From the IMG/VR virus record IMGVR_UViG_3300034021_000643: a DNA stretch of 58,817 nucleotides; one strand, written 5' to 3'. This document shows positions 58,090 to 58,817 of the stretch, piece by piece. Positions within the stretch are counted from its first letter, which is position 1, and each line of letters opens with the position of its first letter. The position numbers were made by a program, and so were the translations under genes. Origin of the DNA: an uncultured virus (IMG/VR IMGVR_UViG_3300034021_000643) (Duplodnaviria > Heunggongvirae > Uroviricota > Caudoviricetes). The notes beneath the pieces were generated by a model. That model ran no database searches. It was not told the DNA's origin and was given only the letters and a program-made list of their open reading frames with translations.

Positions 58090-58479
58090 ATGCGACTCTT
58101 TACCACACTTATTATTACTGTCATGCTCACAGGCTGTGCTGGCATGCAGACATGGATACCCAGCTTCTGGGACGACAATCAAAGTGCTCGTATTGTGGAC
58201 GTTAGACTGGGCATAGATCGACTCAACTGTGCTGGGGATCAACTGGCTCAGATCACTCGCATACGTGATGACCTGCGTTGGTTTGAACTCTACAGTGCTA
58301 GCAAAGGTGCTTTACAAAAGGATGTGATCCGATTGATCGCACCCATGCAGGCCACAGTGGAAGACATGTATACACGCACATCCAAGGGCCAGGCCAGTGT
58401 CACATACTGTGAACTCAAACGAACCGTCATGCAACAACAGGCCCAGCGAGCAGCTGCGGGCATACTAGGGAGATGGTAA
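58090..58479 (+). CDS. Lipoprotein
   Basis: Lipobox LTGC; late promoter. Confidence 0.75.
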   Translation: MRLFTTLIITVMLTGCAGMQTWIPSFWDDNQSARIVDVRLGIDRLNCAGDQLAQITRIRDDLRWFELYSASKGALQKDVIRLIAPMQATVEDMYTRTSKGQASVTYCELKRTVMQQQAQRAAAGILGRW

Positions 58480-58709
58480 TGCAACAACTACATGAACTAG
58501 CACAATCGGGACCACCATGGGCTCGTGAACGTGCTCAAATGGCTCTGGCCATAATGCAGCAATACGAGGGTGGGGGTCTGAGTCTTGAAGAATATCAAGA
58601 GCTCATGCAGGATCTGGTTAGATCAGATCAACTCAACGCACAAGCAGATGATCAAGACATCAAGAACCTATTGGTATCCTGCGTGATGATTGGAGCACGA
58701 CTAGCATGA
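58473..58709 (+). CDS. Hypothetical protein
   Basis: Coupled to lipoprotein gene. Confidence 0.65.
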   Translation: MVMQQLHELAQSGPPWARERAQMALAIMQQYEGGGLSLEEYQELMQDLVRSDQLNAQADDQDIKNLLVSCVMIGARLA

Positions 58710-58817
58710 AAATACGTGAAATCGTCACTGAGAACATATTCACCTGTGACTACAGATTGGTCATGGATGCAGTTGCTTCCCTATATAAAGAACACTATGA
58801 TGTGGACATTTGGAGCA
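58706..58817 (+). CDS. Hypothetical protein (3'-truncated), capsid-targeting-like N-terminus
   Basis: ATGA overlap; MKIREIVTE. Confidence 0.55.
   Translation, partial: MKIREIVTENIFTCDYRLVMDAVASLYKEHYDVDIWS

Noticed and set aside
1..58817. Prophage, cellular origin or alternative genetic code
   Set aside because: No integrase, att site or host housekeeping genes; standard-code ORFs are dense and all three stop codons end genes

Overview
This window is a 58.8-kb fragment of a large lytic dsDNA phage with T4-like replication genes. The host is probably a freshwater or environmental proteobacterium (weak inference). Layout: (1) 1-6.1 kb holds the terminase C-terminus, gp32 SSB, UvsX and UvsY. 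(2) 6.1-26.8 kb is a very large glycan-synthesis and modification cluster: five paralogous GT-B-like proteins, GT2/GT8-like transferases, methyltransferases, a dehydratase/reductase/2-epimerase nucleotide-sugar pathway and a 2OG oxygenase, interleaved with UvsW, a gp62-like gene and a ~190-aa miniature DnaE. (3) 27-37 kb holds primase, carbamoyltransferase, helicase, a Pol-beta-type nucleotidyltransferase, BI-1/YccA and other accessory genes. (4) 38-55 kb is a minus-strand early-gene region of small ORFs with about 23 near-consensus sigma70 promoters, an AAA ATPase/VWA pair, a DNA methyltransferase, nucleases and two tRNAs. (5) 56-58.8 kb holds a collagen/Gly-rich fibre and late genes. The most novel signal is a layered regulatory architecture in the early region. 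About 11 genes share an extended RBS (AGGAG[AG]CG[A/G]), and two 3'-UTR hairpins with unrelated outer stems display its complement in their loops (candidate anti-RBS RNAs). There are also two families of fixed-spacer palindromic operators, and an 11-bp inverted repeat that pairs the start and stop of the AAA gene. All calls come from motif recognition by eye; no database searches were run.
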